A DNA stretch of 64,000 bases from Sphingobacteriales bacterium (GTDB lineage: Bacteria; Bacteroidota; Bacteroidia; UKL13-3): contig JAJTFA010000001.1 of NCBI GenBank assembly GCA_021299635.1, forward strand, positions 283,842 through 347,841, in the 5' to 3' direction. Positions 38,380 through 51,678 of the stretch are shown here, piece after piece. The first letter of the stretch is position 1; each line of letters opens with the position of its first letter. The notes under the pieces are model-generated. The model ran no database searches. It was not told the DNA's origin and worked only from the letters and a program-made list of their open reading frames with translations. The translations under genes were made by a program, and so were the position numbers.

Positions 38380-39573
38380 ATGAGAAAAACCTATTTTATC
38401 ATTATTGCTATTTGCTTTTGTTGGCTGTCTTCTGCATCTCAGGTAGCTTTTCAAAAAGATGAGCCAATTGAGAATACAGCATCACTTACTCCGGCTGCTT
38501 CTAATGGTGAAGAAGTATTTACACTTTATTTATTTGCACATACAGATGAAATAATCAGCCAGGCTCTGCTTCAATATGTATTTAATAACAATCCCGGTTT
38601 TGCTTCCTATGTAAACAGTAAATTCAAACCGATACTGATTACGCAAAATGATGAGAAATGGGAGCAATGGGCTTGCAAACTTCGCCTTAGAAAATTACCT
38701 GCAATTGCAGTTTTTAATCAGGAGGGTTTTCTGCTTGGTCAGGTTTGGGGTTACAAATCTGCTGAGGAGTTCCAGCGGTGGCTTTATTTTACAACCGGTA
38801 AACGAATGGTATCGATGGCTTTTCAATCCAAGTCAAAAGAAATGTATCCGGATTTTTACAAGGCTTCAATGGTCCGTAAGGAAGCGACACTTATAGATAC
38901 CCCAACTGTAACGGCTTATTTAGGCAGGTTTGGCACAACTCCGGATGAGGTGGTTTGGAACTTAGCAAGGGAATATATGCCTTTGTTGGGCCCTCAAGCC
39001 TTAAGATTATATGATAACCAAAACTTTTTATTTCAACATTTTGGAATTGATTTTATGCTGATGCAATATGACCATGCTACCTATATTGCCGATACGCTTA
39101 AACTCGGTACAGATAAGAATCTTCAGAATACTATTATACCGCAACTAAGGAGTTTTGGTTTTTCAAATATAGATCAGTGGGAAAGATTTATTTTGGCACA
39201 TCAGGCTGTCTACAGAAAAGACTGGAAAAATGTTCCGGTAGCGTTAGCTACTTATGCGGCTGATTCTACCTCTTATTTATTTAGATTGGATTCGTTGGCT
39301 TCCTGGTGTCGTTCTGTTTATGAAAACAGCACAGATAAACAATCTTTATTCATGGCTGAGAAGGTTCTGAGGGAAAATAAATTAACTCATTCACGCCCTG
39401 ATTACCTTGCATTGCTTGGGCTAATACAATGTAAGAATCAAAAGTGGTATGATGCAGAGGTTTCATTAAAACGTGCACAAAATCATCCCCTGCTAATCAT
39501 GCCGGATGAGCAGAAAATAACGATGGCACTTGCTGAAATAGAAGCAAAGAAGAACAAAGCTAAAAAGAAATAA
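38380..39573 (+). CDS. Secreted hypothetical protein with N-terminal Cys-less thioredoxin-like fold and helical C-terminal region
   Basis: signal peptide; thioredoxin-fold spacing (FTLYLFAHTDEI...KLPAIAVFNQEG...) lacking CxxC. Confidence 0.5.
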   Translation: MRKTYFIIIAICFCWLSSASQVAFQKDEPIENTASLTPAASNGEEVFTLYLFAHTDEIISQALLQYVFNNNPGFASYVNSKFKPILITQNDEKWEQWACKLRLRKLPAIAVFNQEGFLLGQVWGYKSAEEFQRWLYFTTGKRMVSMAFQSKSKEMYPDFYKASMVRKEATLIDTPTVTAYLGRFGTTPDEVVWNLAREYMPLLGPQALRLYDNQNFLFQHFGIDFMLMQYDHATYIADTLKLGTDKNLQNTIIPQLRSFGFSNIDQWERFILAHQAVYRKDWKNVPVALATYAADSTSYLFRLDSLASWCRSVYENSTDKQSLFMAEKVLRENKLTHSRPDYLALLGLIQCKNQKWYDAEVSLKRAQNHPLLIMPDEQKITMALAEIEAKKNKAKKK

Positions 39574-40052
39574 TGCCAATTGTATATTTGCTAACAGGTG
39601 GCAATATTGGTAACACCAATCTTGAACTAAGTAAAGCTGCCGCAATGATTCATGAAAGGGTGGGGGGTGTAAGAAAAGCATCCGAAATATATAGAACGGA
39701 GCCATGGGGTAATCCAAATCAGCAGTATTTTCTGAATCAGGTATTAGAAGTTGAATCAGTGATGAAGCCTGAAGACATCATGAGCAAGTTGCTTGCCATA
39801 GAACAGGAAATGGGCCGGGTAAGAGATAAGAAATGGGAGCCTCGTGTAATTGATATAGATATGCTGCTTTATGATAATTTGATTCATGAATCTGATACGC
39901 TAACGCTGCCTCATCCACATTTGCATAAAAGGAACTTTGTATTGGCGCCACTTGCCGAGCTGGCTCCAGATTTGATACATCCGGTTTTGCAACAAAGCAT
40001 AGCCCAATTGCTGCAGCACAGTGCCGATAAAGGATTGGTGGAAAAAATGTAA
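39573..40052 (+). CDS. folK: 2-amino-4-hydroxy-6-hydroxymethyldihydropteridine diphosphokinase (HPPK)
   Basis: 159 aa; HPPK motifs (YRTEPWG, RVIDIDML, LPHP). Confidence 0.88.
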   Translation: MPIVYLLTGGNIGNTNLELSKAAAMIHERVGGVRKASEIYRTEPWGNPNQQYFLNQVLEVESVMKPEDIMSKLLAIEQEMGRVRDKKWEPRVIDIDMLLYDNLIHESDTLTLPHPHLHKRNFVLAPLAELAPDLIHPVLQQSIAQLLQHSADKGLVEKM

Positions 40053-40086
40053 GTATTACCAGTTTTACAAACCCCACATTTGTCTA

Positions 40087-40743
40087 ATGGCCCAAAAACC
40101 TTTTCATTCTTACATCGCTATTGAAGGCAATATCGGTGCAGGTAAATCCTCTCTTGCCAATAGATTGGCTGCATCGTTTGGTGCCAAAATTATTTTGGAG
40201 GAGTTTGAGGACAATTCTTTTCTTCCAAAATTTTATGCAGATCAAAGACGCTATGCCTTTCCTCTTGAAATGAGTTTTTTAGCAGCACGCTTTAATCAAC
40301 TCAAAAGGCAATTGATGGAGGGTGATATATTTAATAACTTTATAGTTAGCGATTATATTTTTGCGAAATGTATGCTCTTTTCAAAGGTTAACCTGGATGA
40401 TGATGAGTATGATCTGTATTTAAAATTGTTTGAAATCATTAATCTTCAGTTACGGCAACCGGACTTGCTGGTATATCTGCATAACCCCATTGAAAAACTG
40501 CAATGGAATATTGCCAATCGAGGCAGACCATATGAACAGCAAATTACATCAACTTATTTGCAGCAACTTACCGATGGATATATGCAGTTTATTCAAGCAA
40601 ACCAACACCTACGTATTCTCATAGTAGATTGTGCCTCGATCGATTTTGTTAATAATACCGATCATTACAACAATCTGGAATCCCTTATCTGCAAGGAATA
40701 CAAACCGGGAGTTCATTATATTAATTGGCTGTTGGAAACATGA
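40087..40743 (+). CDS. Deoxynucleoside kinase (start at MAQKPFHS; ORF begins 40021)
   Basis: P-loop IAIEGNIGAGKSS and dNK family ERS/DRY-like motifs. Confidence 0.8.
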   Translation: MAQKPFHSYIAIEGNIGAGKSSLANRLAASFGAKIILEEFEDNSFLPKFYADQRRYAFPLEMSFLAARFNQLKRQLMEGDIFNNFIVSDYIFAKCMLFSKVNLDDDEYDLYLKLFEIINLQLRQPDLLVYLHNPIEKLQWNIANRGRPYEQQITSTYLQQLTDGYMQFIQANQHLRILIVDCASIDFVNNTDHYNNLESLICKEYKPGVHYINWLLET

Positions 40744-41351
40744 AATCTCAAACCGTTTTATTGTCTGCACACTATTTCCCCTGCACAGCATGGTTTCGCA
40801 ACTACTTGCAGCATGAGCAGGTAATGATTGAGCAGCATGAGCATTTTTTGAAACAAACATACCGCAACCGAACTGTAATACTTTCAGCAAACGGACCGCT
40901 TGCACTCACCGTTCCGGTTTCAAAACTTCATGCCAAAACAAAAGTTCACGAAATGCGAATAGATTATTTCGATAAATGGCAACACCGACATATGGAAGCT
41001 TTACGTTCTGCTTACAATTCATCGCCATACTTTTTATATTACTCTCATCATATTGATGCATTCTTTGGTCAGAAATATGAAACATTACTTGAGCTAAATT
41101 TGGCTTCATCGTTATTATTACTTAAATTGATAAAGCAGCAACCAAAGCATCAATTATCAGAATCATACATACCAACAACGGATGCTTTATTGGATACTCG
41201 TGAATTAATACATCCTAAGAGGTATTGGGAAGGTGAATATAAAAGCTATCTGCAGGTGTTTGCTTCTAAGTATCCTTTTGCGCCAAACTTAAGTGTGCTT
41301 GACATTCTTTTTAATTGTGGCCCTGACAGCACTCAATATATACTTTCCTGA
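40740..41351 (+). CDS. WbqC-like family protein
   Basis: LLSAHYFPCTAWF N-terminus typical of WbqC family; function unknown. Confidence 0.6.
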   Translation: MKSQTVLLSAHYFPCTAWFRNYLQHEQVMIEQHEHFLKQTYRNRTVILSANGPLALTVPVSKLHAKTKVHEMRIDYFDKWQHRHMEALRSAYNSSPYFLYYSHHIDAFFGQKYETLLELNLASSLLLLKLIKQQPKHQLSESYIPTTDALLDTRELIHPKRYWEGEYKSYLQVFASKYPFAPNLSVLDILFNCGPDSTQYILS

Positions 41352-42250
41352 TCCTTGGTTGGCACAATCAAGTGTAATGAGGAAGGAAGGATGCGTATGT
41401 TTACGTCTTTTTCCATTTCAACAGGTTCTCCGTCTATATTAAATACTTCAGCTTCCGGTCTGATGATGGTAACATTCCGGCCCCTAAAGTAATGTACATA
41501 AGGTGATTGACTGAACTTTTTTAGAAATAGGGCTGCACCAATAAAAGGCATTTTATACACTTTAAAAGGTTTCATAATACTCACATCAAATAGGCCATCG
41601 CTAAGTTTGGCATCAGGAGCGATAAACGCATTATTGCCATATTGAGAACCATTGGCTACACAAACGATAAATGCAGGGAGTACCAAATTTTGACCGTCAA
41701 TATTAATCTTATACAAACGCGGTTTATATCTAGCAAATTCATTAAGTGATATTTTAGTATATGACCAGAAACCACGTTTGGGTGCTTTGGCAAACATATG
41801 GCTAACATGTGCATCAAAACCGGCACCGGCTACATTAATAAAAAAATAATCATTGGCCATCCCTGTATCAATTGTTCTATAATTTAATTGATTGATTAAT
41901 GAGAGTGCTTTTATATTATCAATGGGAATATGCAAATGCCTGGCTAAACCATTGCCTGAACCTTGCGGTATAATACCAAATATCACAGGCGTTTTCACTA
42001 AATATTTGGCAACATTATTTATGGTTCCATCACCGCCAACGGCTACCACAATATCTTTCTTTTGCTCAACAGCCTGCTGAGCCAGTTCCAGGTTGTGCGA
42101 AGCCGAGCGGGTAAAATTAATTTCTACATCAAACCGGTTCCTGTCTATTATTTTACCAATAAGTGCCGGGAAGTTGTCTTTTCTTATTCCTCCGGAAATC
42201 GGGTTAATGATAAAGGCAATTGTTTTTTTCAAGTTATATAAATTTTCCAT
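41333..42250 (-). CDS. Diacylglycerol/lipid kinase family protein (YegS-like)
   Basis: DAGK catalytic domain GGDGT motif (VVAVGGDGTINNV). Confidence 0.85.
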   Translation of the reverse strand: MENLYNLKKTIAFIINPISGGIRKDNFPALIGKIIDRNRFDVEINFTRSASHNLELAQQAVEQKKDIVVAVGGDGTINNVAKYLVKTPVIFGIIPQGSGNGLARHLHIPIDNIKALSLINQLNYRTIDTGMANDYFFINVAGAGFDAHVSHMFAKAPKRGFWSYTKISLNEFARYKPRLYKINIDGQNLVLPAFIVCVANGSQYGNNAFIAPDAKLSDGLFDVSIMKPFKVYKMPFIGAALFLKKFSQSPYVHYFRGRNVTIIRPEAEVFNIDGEPVEMEKDVNIRILPSSLHLIVPTKDQESIY

Positions 42251-42317
42251 GCGAAAATAAGCATATCCTGCATGTCTATGCTAACTTAATGTTAAGTCTG
42301 AAACTATATTTGCATCC

Positions 42318-43544
42318 ATGATTAAAGCAGTCAAAGATATTTCAGTTGAATCTTTTGATTATCCATTACCCGAAGAACGTATTGCAAAGTTTCCTCTTCA
42401 TAAGCGCGATGAATCCAAGTTGTTGGTTTATCAACAGGGAAATATTTCTCATACGGTATTTAATAAGCTCCCTTCATTGCTCGCAGAAGGAAGTATGCTG
42501 GTGTTTAATAATACCAAGGTTATTCATGCACGGATGTTATTTCAAAAAGATACAGGGGCTGCTATTGAAATATTTTGTTTAGAGCCTGTAAAAGCCTATG
42601 ATTTCGAGGCAGCTTTCCATGCGCGTGGAAGTTCTAAATGGATTTGCATGGTAGGTAATGCCAAGAGATGGAAAGATGAGCAACTTATAAAACAAATTGA
42701 GATTAACGGTAAGCATGTGGATCTGAAAGCTGTAAAGATCTCGCAACAAGAGGCCTATTTTCAAATCGAGTTTTCATGGAATGAAACAAACTTAACCTTT
42801 GGAGAAATTATTGATGCTGCAGGTATATTGCCGCTTCCACCATATCTGAATAGAGAAACCACCCAATCTGACGAAACAGCTTATCAAACAGTATATGCTA
42901 AGCATAATGGCTCAGTGGCTGCACCAACAGCTGGTTTGCATTTTACAGATCAGGTTTTACAATCACTAAATCAAAATGGTATTAGGTCGGCCTACGTAAC
43001 CTTACATGTAGGTGCTGGAACTTTTAAGCCGGTCAAATCTGATACCATCAGCGGACATCAGATGCACGTAGAACATGCGTTTATTAGTTTAAATAGCCTG
43101 TTAGAAATTCATGGGCAACTAAAAAGCGGGAAACCGCTAGTTGCCGTTGGCACAACCAGCTTGCGTGTGCTTGAATCATTGTATTGGTTTGGCGTTAAGG
43201 TAATGCAGCAGCAATGGTTAAGTGAACTTCACGTGGAACAGTGGGAGCCCTATGAAATAATAACGGAGGCTACACCTATGCAAAGCATAGGTGCAATTAT
43301 TCAAATGATGCAGAATGCAGGCATGACTGAGCTGAGGGGTGATACCGGAGTGCTCCTTGCACCCGGATATAAAATAAGAATGGCAAATGCTATTGTTACC
43401 AATTTTCATCAGCCTAAAAGTACCTTAATTTTACTGATTGCAGCTATGATTGGGGAAGATTGGCGCAAGGTATACAATGAAGCATTGGCTAAAGATTACC
43501 GATTTCTGAGCTATGGCGATAGCTCTTTGCTTTGGCGCGCATAA
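42318..43544 (+). CDS. queA: S-adenosylmethionine:tRNA ribosyltransferase-isomerase QueA
   Basis: 408 aa; QueA motifs LVFNNTKVI, PTAGLHF, VTLHVGAGTF, AVGTTS, VTNFH; ~55 aa longer than E. coli QueA due to internal insertion. Confidence 0.88.
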   Translation: MIKAVKDISVESFDYPLPEERIAKFPLHKRDESKLLVYQQGNISHTVFNKLPSLLAEGSMLVFNNTKVIHARMLFQKDTGAAIEIFCLEPVKAYDFEAAFHARGSSKWICMVGNAKRWKDEQLIKQIEINGKHVDLKAVKISQQEAYFQIEFSWNETNLTFGEIIDAAGILPLPPYLNRETTQSDETAYQTVYAKHNGSVAAPTAGLHFTDQVLQSLNQNGIRSAYVTLHVGAGTFKPVKSDTISGHQMHVEHAFISLNSLLEIHGQLKSGKPLVAVGTTSLRVLESLYWFGVKVMQQQWLSELHVEQWEPYEIITEATPMQSIGAIIQMMQNAGMTELRGDTGVLLAPGYKIRMANAIVTNFHQPKSTLILLIAAMIGEDWRKVYNEALAKDYRFLSYGDSSLLWRA

Positions 43545-43571
43545 CAAGGGCCTTAAGCAAAGCAAAACGAA

Positions 43572-44642
43572 TTACATAATACTGCGTAATCGCTCCATTT
43601 GTTCTATAGTACCCAGTAGAATTAACTTGTCGGTTGGGTTTAGCACATGGTGCAAATCGGGATTAACCTCATAGGATCCATCTGCTCTTTTTAAACCAAT
43701 CACATTTACACCTGTTCTATGCCTGATATTCATTTCATGCAGTGTTTTGCCAGTAAATACAGTGGCAAAGCGCTCTATGCTTAATTCATCTAGCCTTACT
43801 TCATCTCCCTGACCTGAGATGATATCAATAAACTCTTTAATATCAGGATTAATCATTAAAGAAGCCATGTGTGCACCACCAATTTTATCCGGCATAATCA
43901 CATTGTCTGCCCCCGCACGCTTAAGTTTTGTAACCGAACTATCTGCAGATGCACGGCTAACAATGGTTAGTGTTTGATTTAACTCTCTTGCAGTTAAAGC
44001 CACATACACATTATCAGCATCATTTGGCAAGGTGGTAATTAAGCCTTTGGCCTCTTTAATTCCTGCTTCAAGCAGTACCTGCTCATTGGTGGCATCATCT
44101 TCAATAAAATGCATATAATCATCGGAGAGCAGATCAGCCAATGATTCTCCCTTATTCTCTAACAATACAAACTTTATTCGGTTTCGTCTCAGCATTTCGC
44201 AGGCTTCTTTGCCATTTCTGCCATAGCCGCAAACAATTACGTGGTTGCTAAGTTTAGCTATTCGGTTTTTCATTTTATTGGTTTTGTATGTTTCAAAAAA
44301 ATCACCTTGAATCAGGATGCTGGTAATAATAGATATGGCATAGGCAAAAATGCCCAGGTTGGTAATGATTAGTACAATGGTAAAAATGCGTCCGGAATCG
44401 GTTAGCGGCTTTACTTCCCCGTATCCGATGGTAGAAACAGTAATAACTGTCATGTATAAGGCCTCTAAGAATGAATACCCTTCAATGAGCATATATCCCA
44501 TCACACCAAAGCCAATAGACAATAAAATCAGCGCCATAGCCAATGCTATTTTATACCGTAACTGTTTAATTGCATTTTTGCGCATCATGCAATTTATCAT
44601 TCGCGCTTCACATATGCTAAAACGGATTGAAATAATAAGCAA
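43572..44642 (-). CDS. Potassium channel protein with RCK/TrkA domain (start may be internal Met ~44588)
   Basis: 2 TM + pore helix with selectivity filter TVSTIGYGE; cytoplasmic Rossmann RCK domain (VIVCGYGRNG). Confidence 0.8.
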   Translation of the reverse strand: MLIISIRFSICEARMINCMMRKNAIKQLRYKIALAMALILLSIGFGVMGYMLIEGYSFLEALYMTVITVSTIGYGEVKPLTDSGRIFTIVLIITNLGIFAYAISIITSILIQGDFFETYKTNKMKNRIAKLSNHVIVCGYGRNGKEACEMLRRNRIKFVLLENKGESLADLLSDDYMHFIEDDATNEQVLLEAGIKEAKGLITTLPNDADNVYVALTARELNQTLTIVSRASADSSVTKLKRAGADNVIMPDKIGGAHMASLMINPDIKEFIDIISGQGDEVRLDELSIERFATVFTGKTLHEMNIRHRTGVNVIGLKRADGSYEVNPDLHHVLNPTDKLILLGTIEQMERLRSIM

Positions 44643-44710
44643 ACACCTTAAAATATCGAGGATAAAATGTGGAAAAGTATGGTCTTTTAGCCTTATTAAA
44701 TTTAGGTTAA

Positions 44711-46711
<2,001 letters not shown>

Positions 46712-46773
46712 TATAAAATTGCTTAATCATAAATCCTCCGGCTTGTTAAGTGCGGAGGATTTTTTTATAATAA

Positions 46774-47352
46774 ATGTTAATGGAAATAAGAAGAATTGCA
46801 GTTTACTGCGGATCGGCCAAAGGCATTGATCCCATTTATGTTGAGCAGGCTAAGGCCATTATTCATGAGATGCATGCAAAAGGCATGGGTTTAGTTTATG
46901 GTGGTGGCAATGTTGGAATAATGGGTATCATAGCGGATGAAATGCTTAAACTTGGCGGAGATGTAATTGGTATAATCCCTCAGAAACTATTGGAAAAAGA
47001 AGTTGCTCATCACGGTATTACACAATTAATAGTGGTAGAAGATATGCACCAGCGCAAAGCTAAAATGTTTGAATTAAGCGATGCAATCATTGCATTACCC
47101 GGTGGGATTGGTACCATGGAAGAGTTGTTCGAGGCATTTACCTGGAGTCAGTTGGGGTATCATGAAAAGCCTTGTGGTGTGCTGAATGTGAAAGGCTATT
47201 ATAACCACCTGCATGAGTTTTTGCAACACATGGTAGACCATGGATTTTTAAAGCAAGAATTTAAAAATATGTTGTTGTTTGATTCAAATCCAACAGCCAT
47301 AATTGCCCGCCTGCAGGCATTTGAGTTTCCAAAAATGCTCAAGTGGTATTAG
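46774..47352 (+). CDS. LOG-family protein (cytokinin riboside 5'-monophosphate phosphoribohydrolase-like, TIGR00730)
   Basis: PGGxGTxxE motif (LPGGIGTMEE) and GGGxxGxMG. Confidence 0.85.
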   Translation: MLMEIRRIAVYCGSAKGIDPIYVEQAKAIIHEMHAKGMGLVYGGGNVGIMGIIADEMLKLGGDVIGIIPQKLLEKEVAHHGITQLIVVEDMHQRKAKMFELSDAIIALPGGIGTMEELFEAFTWSQLGYHEKPCGVLNVKGYYNHLHEFLQHMVDHGFLKQEFKNMLLFDSNPTAIIARLQAFEFPKMLKWY

Positions 47353-47475
47353 CCTATTTGGCTAGTCAAATCAATCACGTATAAATGCATACAAAAGGTG
47401 CCATACGGATATCTAAGTCTTTAACTGCTTAAAATGTTTGCGTTAGGTGCAGGAATATCCTAAATTGCACATCTT

Positions 47476-48177
47476 ATGGATTCAATGAGTTTACAATACA
47501 ATACCGAGCGCAGCAAAATGGTGATTGGTGAATATGGCCGCAACGTTCATAAAATGATTGCTTATGCGGTAGCAGAAAAGGATAGAGATCGCAGAAACAA
47601 GTTGGCTCAGGCATTGATTACGCTTATGGGCAATATGAATCCGCAGTTACGTGATGTGGCAGATTACAGACAAAAGCTGTGGGATCACCTGTTTGTAATG
47701 TCCGATTTTAAACTGGATGTAGATGCACCTTATCCAATGCCTGATCCGGCAAACATCAATAAAAGGCCTTCACCAATGAATTATCCGCAAAAGCGTATTC
47801 GATTCAAATTTTACGGTAAGAACATTGAACAAATGATCGAGAAAGCAGCTGAAATGGAAGATGGTCCTGCTAAGTCAGGTTTCATAAATATCATTGGCTC
47901 ATTTATGAAAAATGCCTGTAAAAACTGGAATGAAGAAATGCTGGCTGATGAGGAGATTCTGGCTCATTTGGAAATGCTTTCAGGTGGCCGCATCATCATG
48001 ACCCCAAGCGAAGATGTGCAATTTAATGCGCTTCAGCAGCAAGGTCATTATCACAAACGACCCGGAGGTGGTCAACACCGTGGCAAACAAGGCGGCAACC
48101 GAAATTTTAGAAACGGTGGAAATAACCGCAACAACCGAAATTTTAGAAACAACAATAACAGAAACAGGGGCAATTAA
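47476..48177 (+). CDS. DUF4290-like protein with C-terminal Arg/Gly/Asn-rich low-complexity tail
   Basis: 233 aa; tail GGGQHRGKQGGNRNFRNGGNNRNNRNFRNNNNRNRGN encoded by 18 nt direct repeat aaccgaaattttagaaac x2. Confidence 0.6.
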   Translation: MDSMSLQYNTERSKMVIGEYGRNVHKMIAYAVAEKDRDRRNKLAQALITLMGNMNPQLRDVADYRQKLWDHLFVMSDFKLDVDAPYPMPDPANINKRPSPMNYPQKRIRFKFYGKNIEQMIEKAAEMEDGPAKSGFINIIGSFMKNACKNWNEEMLADEEILAHLEMLSGGRIIMTPSEDVQFNALQQQGHYHKRPGGGQHRGKQGGNRNFRNGGNNRNNRNFRNNNNRNRGN

Positions 48178-48228
48178 GCCTCTGTTTTTATAACACAATA
48201 GCGCTAATTCTTATTGTAGCTTAAACGC

Positions 48229-51045
48229 ATGAGAGATTACGATTTTAAATCTATTGAAAAACGCTGGCAGGCAGAATGGGAGAAGCAGCACATTTACAAA
48301 GTATCTGAAGATCAACAAAAACCTAAATGCTATGTGCTGGATATGTTTCCTTACCCAAGCGGTGCAGGATTGCATGTAGGACATCCATTGGGCTATATTG
48401 CCTCAGATATCTATGCCAGATACAAGCGCCTTAAAGGTTACAATGTTTTGCACCCAATGGGCTATGATTCCTTTGGTCTACCTGCAGAGCAGTATGCCAT
48501 TCAAACAGGTCAGCATCCTGCTGTAACCACACAAAATAATATTCAGCGCTACAGGGAACAACTCGGCAAAATTGGCTTTTCGTTTGATTGGAGTCGCGAA
48601 GTTCGTACCTCTGACCCCAATTATTACCGATGGACGCAATGGATATTTATTCAACTTTATCAATCATGGTATAATCATACCACCGATAAGGCTGAGCCAA
48701 TCGAAACACTTATTGAGCAGTTCAATCATCACGGATTTACGGGTGTTGATGATACGGTTTTAACTGGTGGCATTGAGCTTGAATTTCCTCCGTTTACTGC
48801 AAAGGAATGGCAGGAATTTTCGCACCGCAAAAAAGAGGAAATCCTTCTGGGTTTCCGATTAGCCTATTTGAGTGAGGCTTATGTAAACTGGTGCCCTGCA
48901 TTAGGCACGGTGTTGAGTAATGATGAAATAAAGGATGGCGTAAGCGAACGCGGTGGCCACTCGGTTGAGCGTAAACTCATGAAGCAATGGAGTATGCGTA
49001 TAACTGCATATGCAGAGCGCTTACTCAATAATCTGGAAAATTTAGACTGGAGTGAAAGTTTGAAGGAGGCTCAACGCAACTGGATAGGTAAATCTATCGG
49101 TGCCAGTGTTTTTTTTAAGGTGCAGGATAGAAATTTCGATATTGAGGTGTTTACAACCCGGCCCGATACCATTTTTGGTGTTAGCTTCATTGCCGTTGCA
49201 CCGGAGTATGAGTTTATACACGCGCTAATGCAGCCTGAGCAGATGGATGAGGTGCAGGCTTACATCAGTTTGTCAAAAAATCGAAGTGAGCGCGAGCGCA
49301 TGGCAGATGTGAAGAGAATAACAGGCGTCTTTACCGGCTCCTATGTAATACATCCATTCACGGGAAAAGAGGTGCCTGTATGGGTTGCTGACTATGTTTT
49401 GGCAGGTTATGGCACAGGTGCAGTAATGGGTGTTCCTGCACATGATTCACGAGATTTTGCATTTGCCCGCTTTTTTGGTTTACCGGTATTGCCAGTGGTA
49501 CAGGCCCCTGAAACGCACAATTGGGAAGCCGAAAGCTATGATGCAAAGGAAGGCCGATTGATTAATTCCGATTTTCTAAATGGGTTTCAGGTAAAGCAGG
49601 CTATTAAGAAAGCAATAGATCACATTGAACAAAAAGGTTTTGGCAAAGGCAAAACCAATTATCGCTTAAGAGATGCCATTTTTGGCAGGCAACGCTATTG
49701 GGGTGAGCCCATACCTATCTACTATAAAGATGGTGTTCCGCATTGTTTACCGGAACATGTTTTGCCACTTGAATTACCCGCAATTGATAAGTTTTTGCCT
49801 ACCGAAACTGGTGAGCCACCGCTTGCACGAGCGGAAAAGTGGAAATGGAATGAATCTAAAGCTTGCACGGATATTGAAGGTTATCCGCTTGAAAACACTA
49901 CCATGCCTGGATGGGCCGGCAGCAGCTGGTACTTTCTAAGATATATGGATCCGACTAATAATACTGCTTTGGTTAGCACGGAAGCTGCAAATTATTGGGA
50001 AAGTGTAGACCTATATCTGGGTGGTAGCGAACATGCTACAGGACATTTGTTATATGTACGTTTCTGGACTAAATTTCTTTTCGACCGTGGTTTTATACCG
50101 GTTCAAGAGCCAGCGCAAAAACTCATTAATCAAGGGATGATACAGGGTCGTAGTAACTTTGTTTACCGTGTAAAGGGAACTGATCGCTTTGTTTCATATG
50201 GTTTAAAAGATGATTACGATGTGAGCGCGCTTCATGTAGATGTAAATCTGGTGTGTAATGATGAGTTGGATATTGAGGCTTTTAAAAAGTGGAGAGAAGA
50301 TTTTGCCAATGCCGAATTTGTGCTGGAGAGTGGCAAATATATATGCGGAGCTGAAGTAGAGAAAATGAGCAAATCAAAACACAACGTTGTTACTCCTGAT
50401 TCCATCATTGAAGATTACGGAGCAGATACACTGCGTTTATATGAAATGTTTTTGGGTCCACTTGAGCAAAGTAAGCCATGGAGTACCCAAGGCATAGAAG
50501 GGGTGCACAGATTTCTTAAGAAATTATGGAAACTCTTTTATAATGCTGAAGGTCAACTCTTGGTTAGCACTGATGTACCTGATAAAAAAGAGCTGAAAGT
50601 ATTGCACAAGCTCATCAAGAAAGTAGGAGAGGATATTGAGGGCTTTTCTTTCAATACATCTGTAAGTAGTTTCATGATTTGTGTGAATGAGCTTACCGAT
50701 TTAAAGTGTAGTAAAAAGGAAATCCTGCAAGCTATTCTGATTTGCCTTTCACCCTATGCACCTCATATTTCAGAGGAATTGTGGCATGCTTTAGGCAACC
50801 CAAATAGCATCATCAATGCTTCATTCCCTGAGTTTAATCCTGCTTACCTCATTGAAGATTCATTTAGTTATCCTGTATCAATAAATGGCAAGCACAGAAC
50901 CAATATTGAGTTTAGTTTGCAGGCATCACCTCAGGAAATGGAGCAGAAAGTATTAAGTGATGAAACCGTTTTAAAATGGCTTGAAGGCAAACCGGCTAAG
51001 AAGGTAATTATAGTAAAGGGTAAAATCGTAAACGTGGTGATATAA
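48229..51045 (+). CDS. leuS: Leucine--tRNA ligase
   Basis: 938 aa; class I HIGH (HVGHPLGY) and KMSKS motifs, CP1 editing domain. Confidence 0.96.
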   Translation: MRDYDFKSIEKRWQAEWEKQHIYKVSEDQQKPKCYVLDMFPYPSGAGLHVGHPLGYIASDIYARYKRLKGYNVLHPMGYDSFGLPAEQYAIQTGQHPAVTTQNNIQRYREQLGKIGFSFDWSREVRTSDPNYYRWTQWIFIQLYQSWYNHTTDKAEPIETLIEQFNHHGFTGVDDTVLTGGIELEFPPFTAKEWQEFSHRKKEEILLGFRLAYLSEAYVNWCPALGTVLSNDEIKDGVSERGGHSVERKLMKQWSMRITAYAERLLNNLENLDWSESLKEAQRNWIGKSIGASVFFKVQDRNFDIEVFTTRPDTIFGVSFIAVAPEYEFIHALMQPEQMDEVQAYISLSKNRSERERMADVKRITGVFTGSYVIHPFTGKEVPVWVADYVLAGYGTGAVMGVPAHDSRDFAFARFFGLPVLPVVQAPETHNWEAESYDAKEGRLINSDFLNGFQVKQAIKKAIDHIEQKGFGKGKTNYRLRDAIFGRQRYWGEPIPIYYKDGVPHCLPEHVLPLELPAIDKFLPTETGEPPLARAEKWKWNESKACTDIEGYPLENTTMPGWAGSSWYFLRYMDPTNNTALVSTEAANYWESVDLYLGGSEHATGHLLYVRFWTKFLFDRGFIPVQEPAQKLINQGMIQGRSNFVYRVKGTDRFVSYGLKDDYDVSALHVDVNLVCNDELDIEAFKKWREDFANAEFVLESGKYICGAEVEKMSKSKHNVVTPDSIIEDYGADTLRLYEMFLGPLEQSKPWSTQGIEGVHRFLKKLWKLFYNAEGQLLVSTDVPDKKELKVLHKLIKKVGEDIEGFSFNTSVSSFMICVNELTDLKCSKKEILQAILICLSPYAPHISEELWHALGNPNSIINASFPEFNPAYLIEDSFSYPVSINGKHRTNIEFSLQASPQEMEQKVLSDETVLKWLEGKPAKKVIIVKGKIVNVVI

Positions 51046-51048
51046 TAA

Positions 51049-51621
51049 TTATGCTTGTCTTCGAGCCTCAGCAATCTCTTCCAATTCTGCATACCATTTT
51101 TCACCAAACTTCCTGATAAGCGCGTCTTTTAGAAATTTGAAAACAGGCATTTTATTTTCCTTTCCTAGTTTGCAAGCAGGTTTGCAGATATCCCATTTAT
51201 GATAGTTAAGCGCTTCAAATGTGCCAACCTTAGTAATACGAATAGGGTAGAGGTGACATGAGATGGGTTTTTGAAAAGTTATTTTTCCTTCTTTCCAAGC
51301 TTTTTCAATACCGCATCCCAATATGCCTTGCTTATCTCTGTAGGCAAAATTACATTCACCTGTAGGCAAACATGTTGTTACCAAATCCCCTTCTGAATCT
51401 TTTTCATATACACCTTTTTTCTTTAATGCTTTTTGTGATTCTTTTGTAAGGTATGGGAGAATCGCAGGCAGTTCTTTTTCAAGTAATTCAATTTCTTGCT
51501 TGCTTATGGGTGCGCCAAATTCGCCTTCAATACAGCATGCGCCTTTACATTTACTAAGGTCGCAAATAAATTGCTTGTCAAATAAGTCTTCTGAAATCAG
51601 TGTCGGTTCATGAATAATCAT
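51049..51621 (-). CDS. Cys-rich hypothetical protein (DUF3109-like)
   Basis: 190 aa with ~12 Cys in CxxC-like pairs; no catalytic family recognised. Confidence 0.55.
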   Translation of the reverse strand: MIIHEPTLISEDLFDKQFICDLSKCKGACCIEGEFGAPISKQEIELLEKELPAILPYLTKESQKALKKKGVYEKDSEGDLVTTCLPTGECNFAYRDKQGILGCGIEKAWKEGKITFQKPISCHLYPIRITKVGTFEALNYHKWDICKPACKLGKENKMPVFKFLKDALIRKFGEKWYAELEEIAEARRQA

Positions 51622-51629
51622 TAAAGCAA

Positions 51630-51660
51630 AAATAAAAAAGGCCGGAAAATTCCGGCCTTA
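51630..51660. terminator. Bidirectional terminator between rplQ and DUF3109 gene
   Basis: aaaaaaggccggaaaattccggcctt hairpin with A-run/T-run. Confidence 0.8.
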
Positions 51661-51678
51661 ATAAGTATATCTGAGAAA

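Noticed and set aside
42318-43544. QueA being ~55 aa longer than usual raised the possibility of a fused extra domain
   Set aside because: The additional length is spread as an internal insertion between conserved QueA blocks, with all QueA motifs in the normal order. It is not a distinct fused domain.
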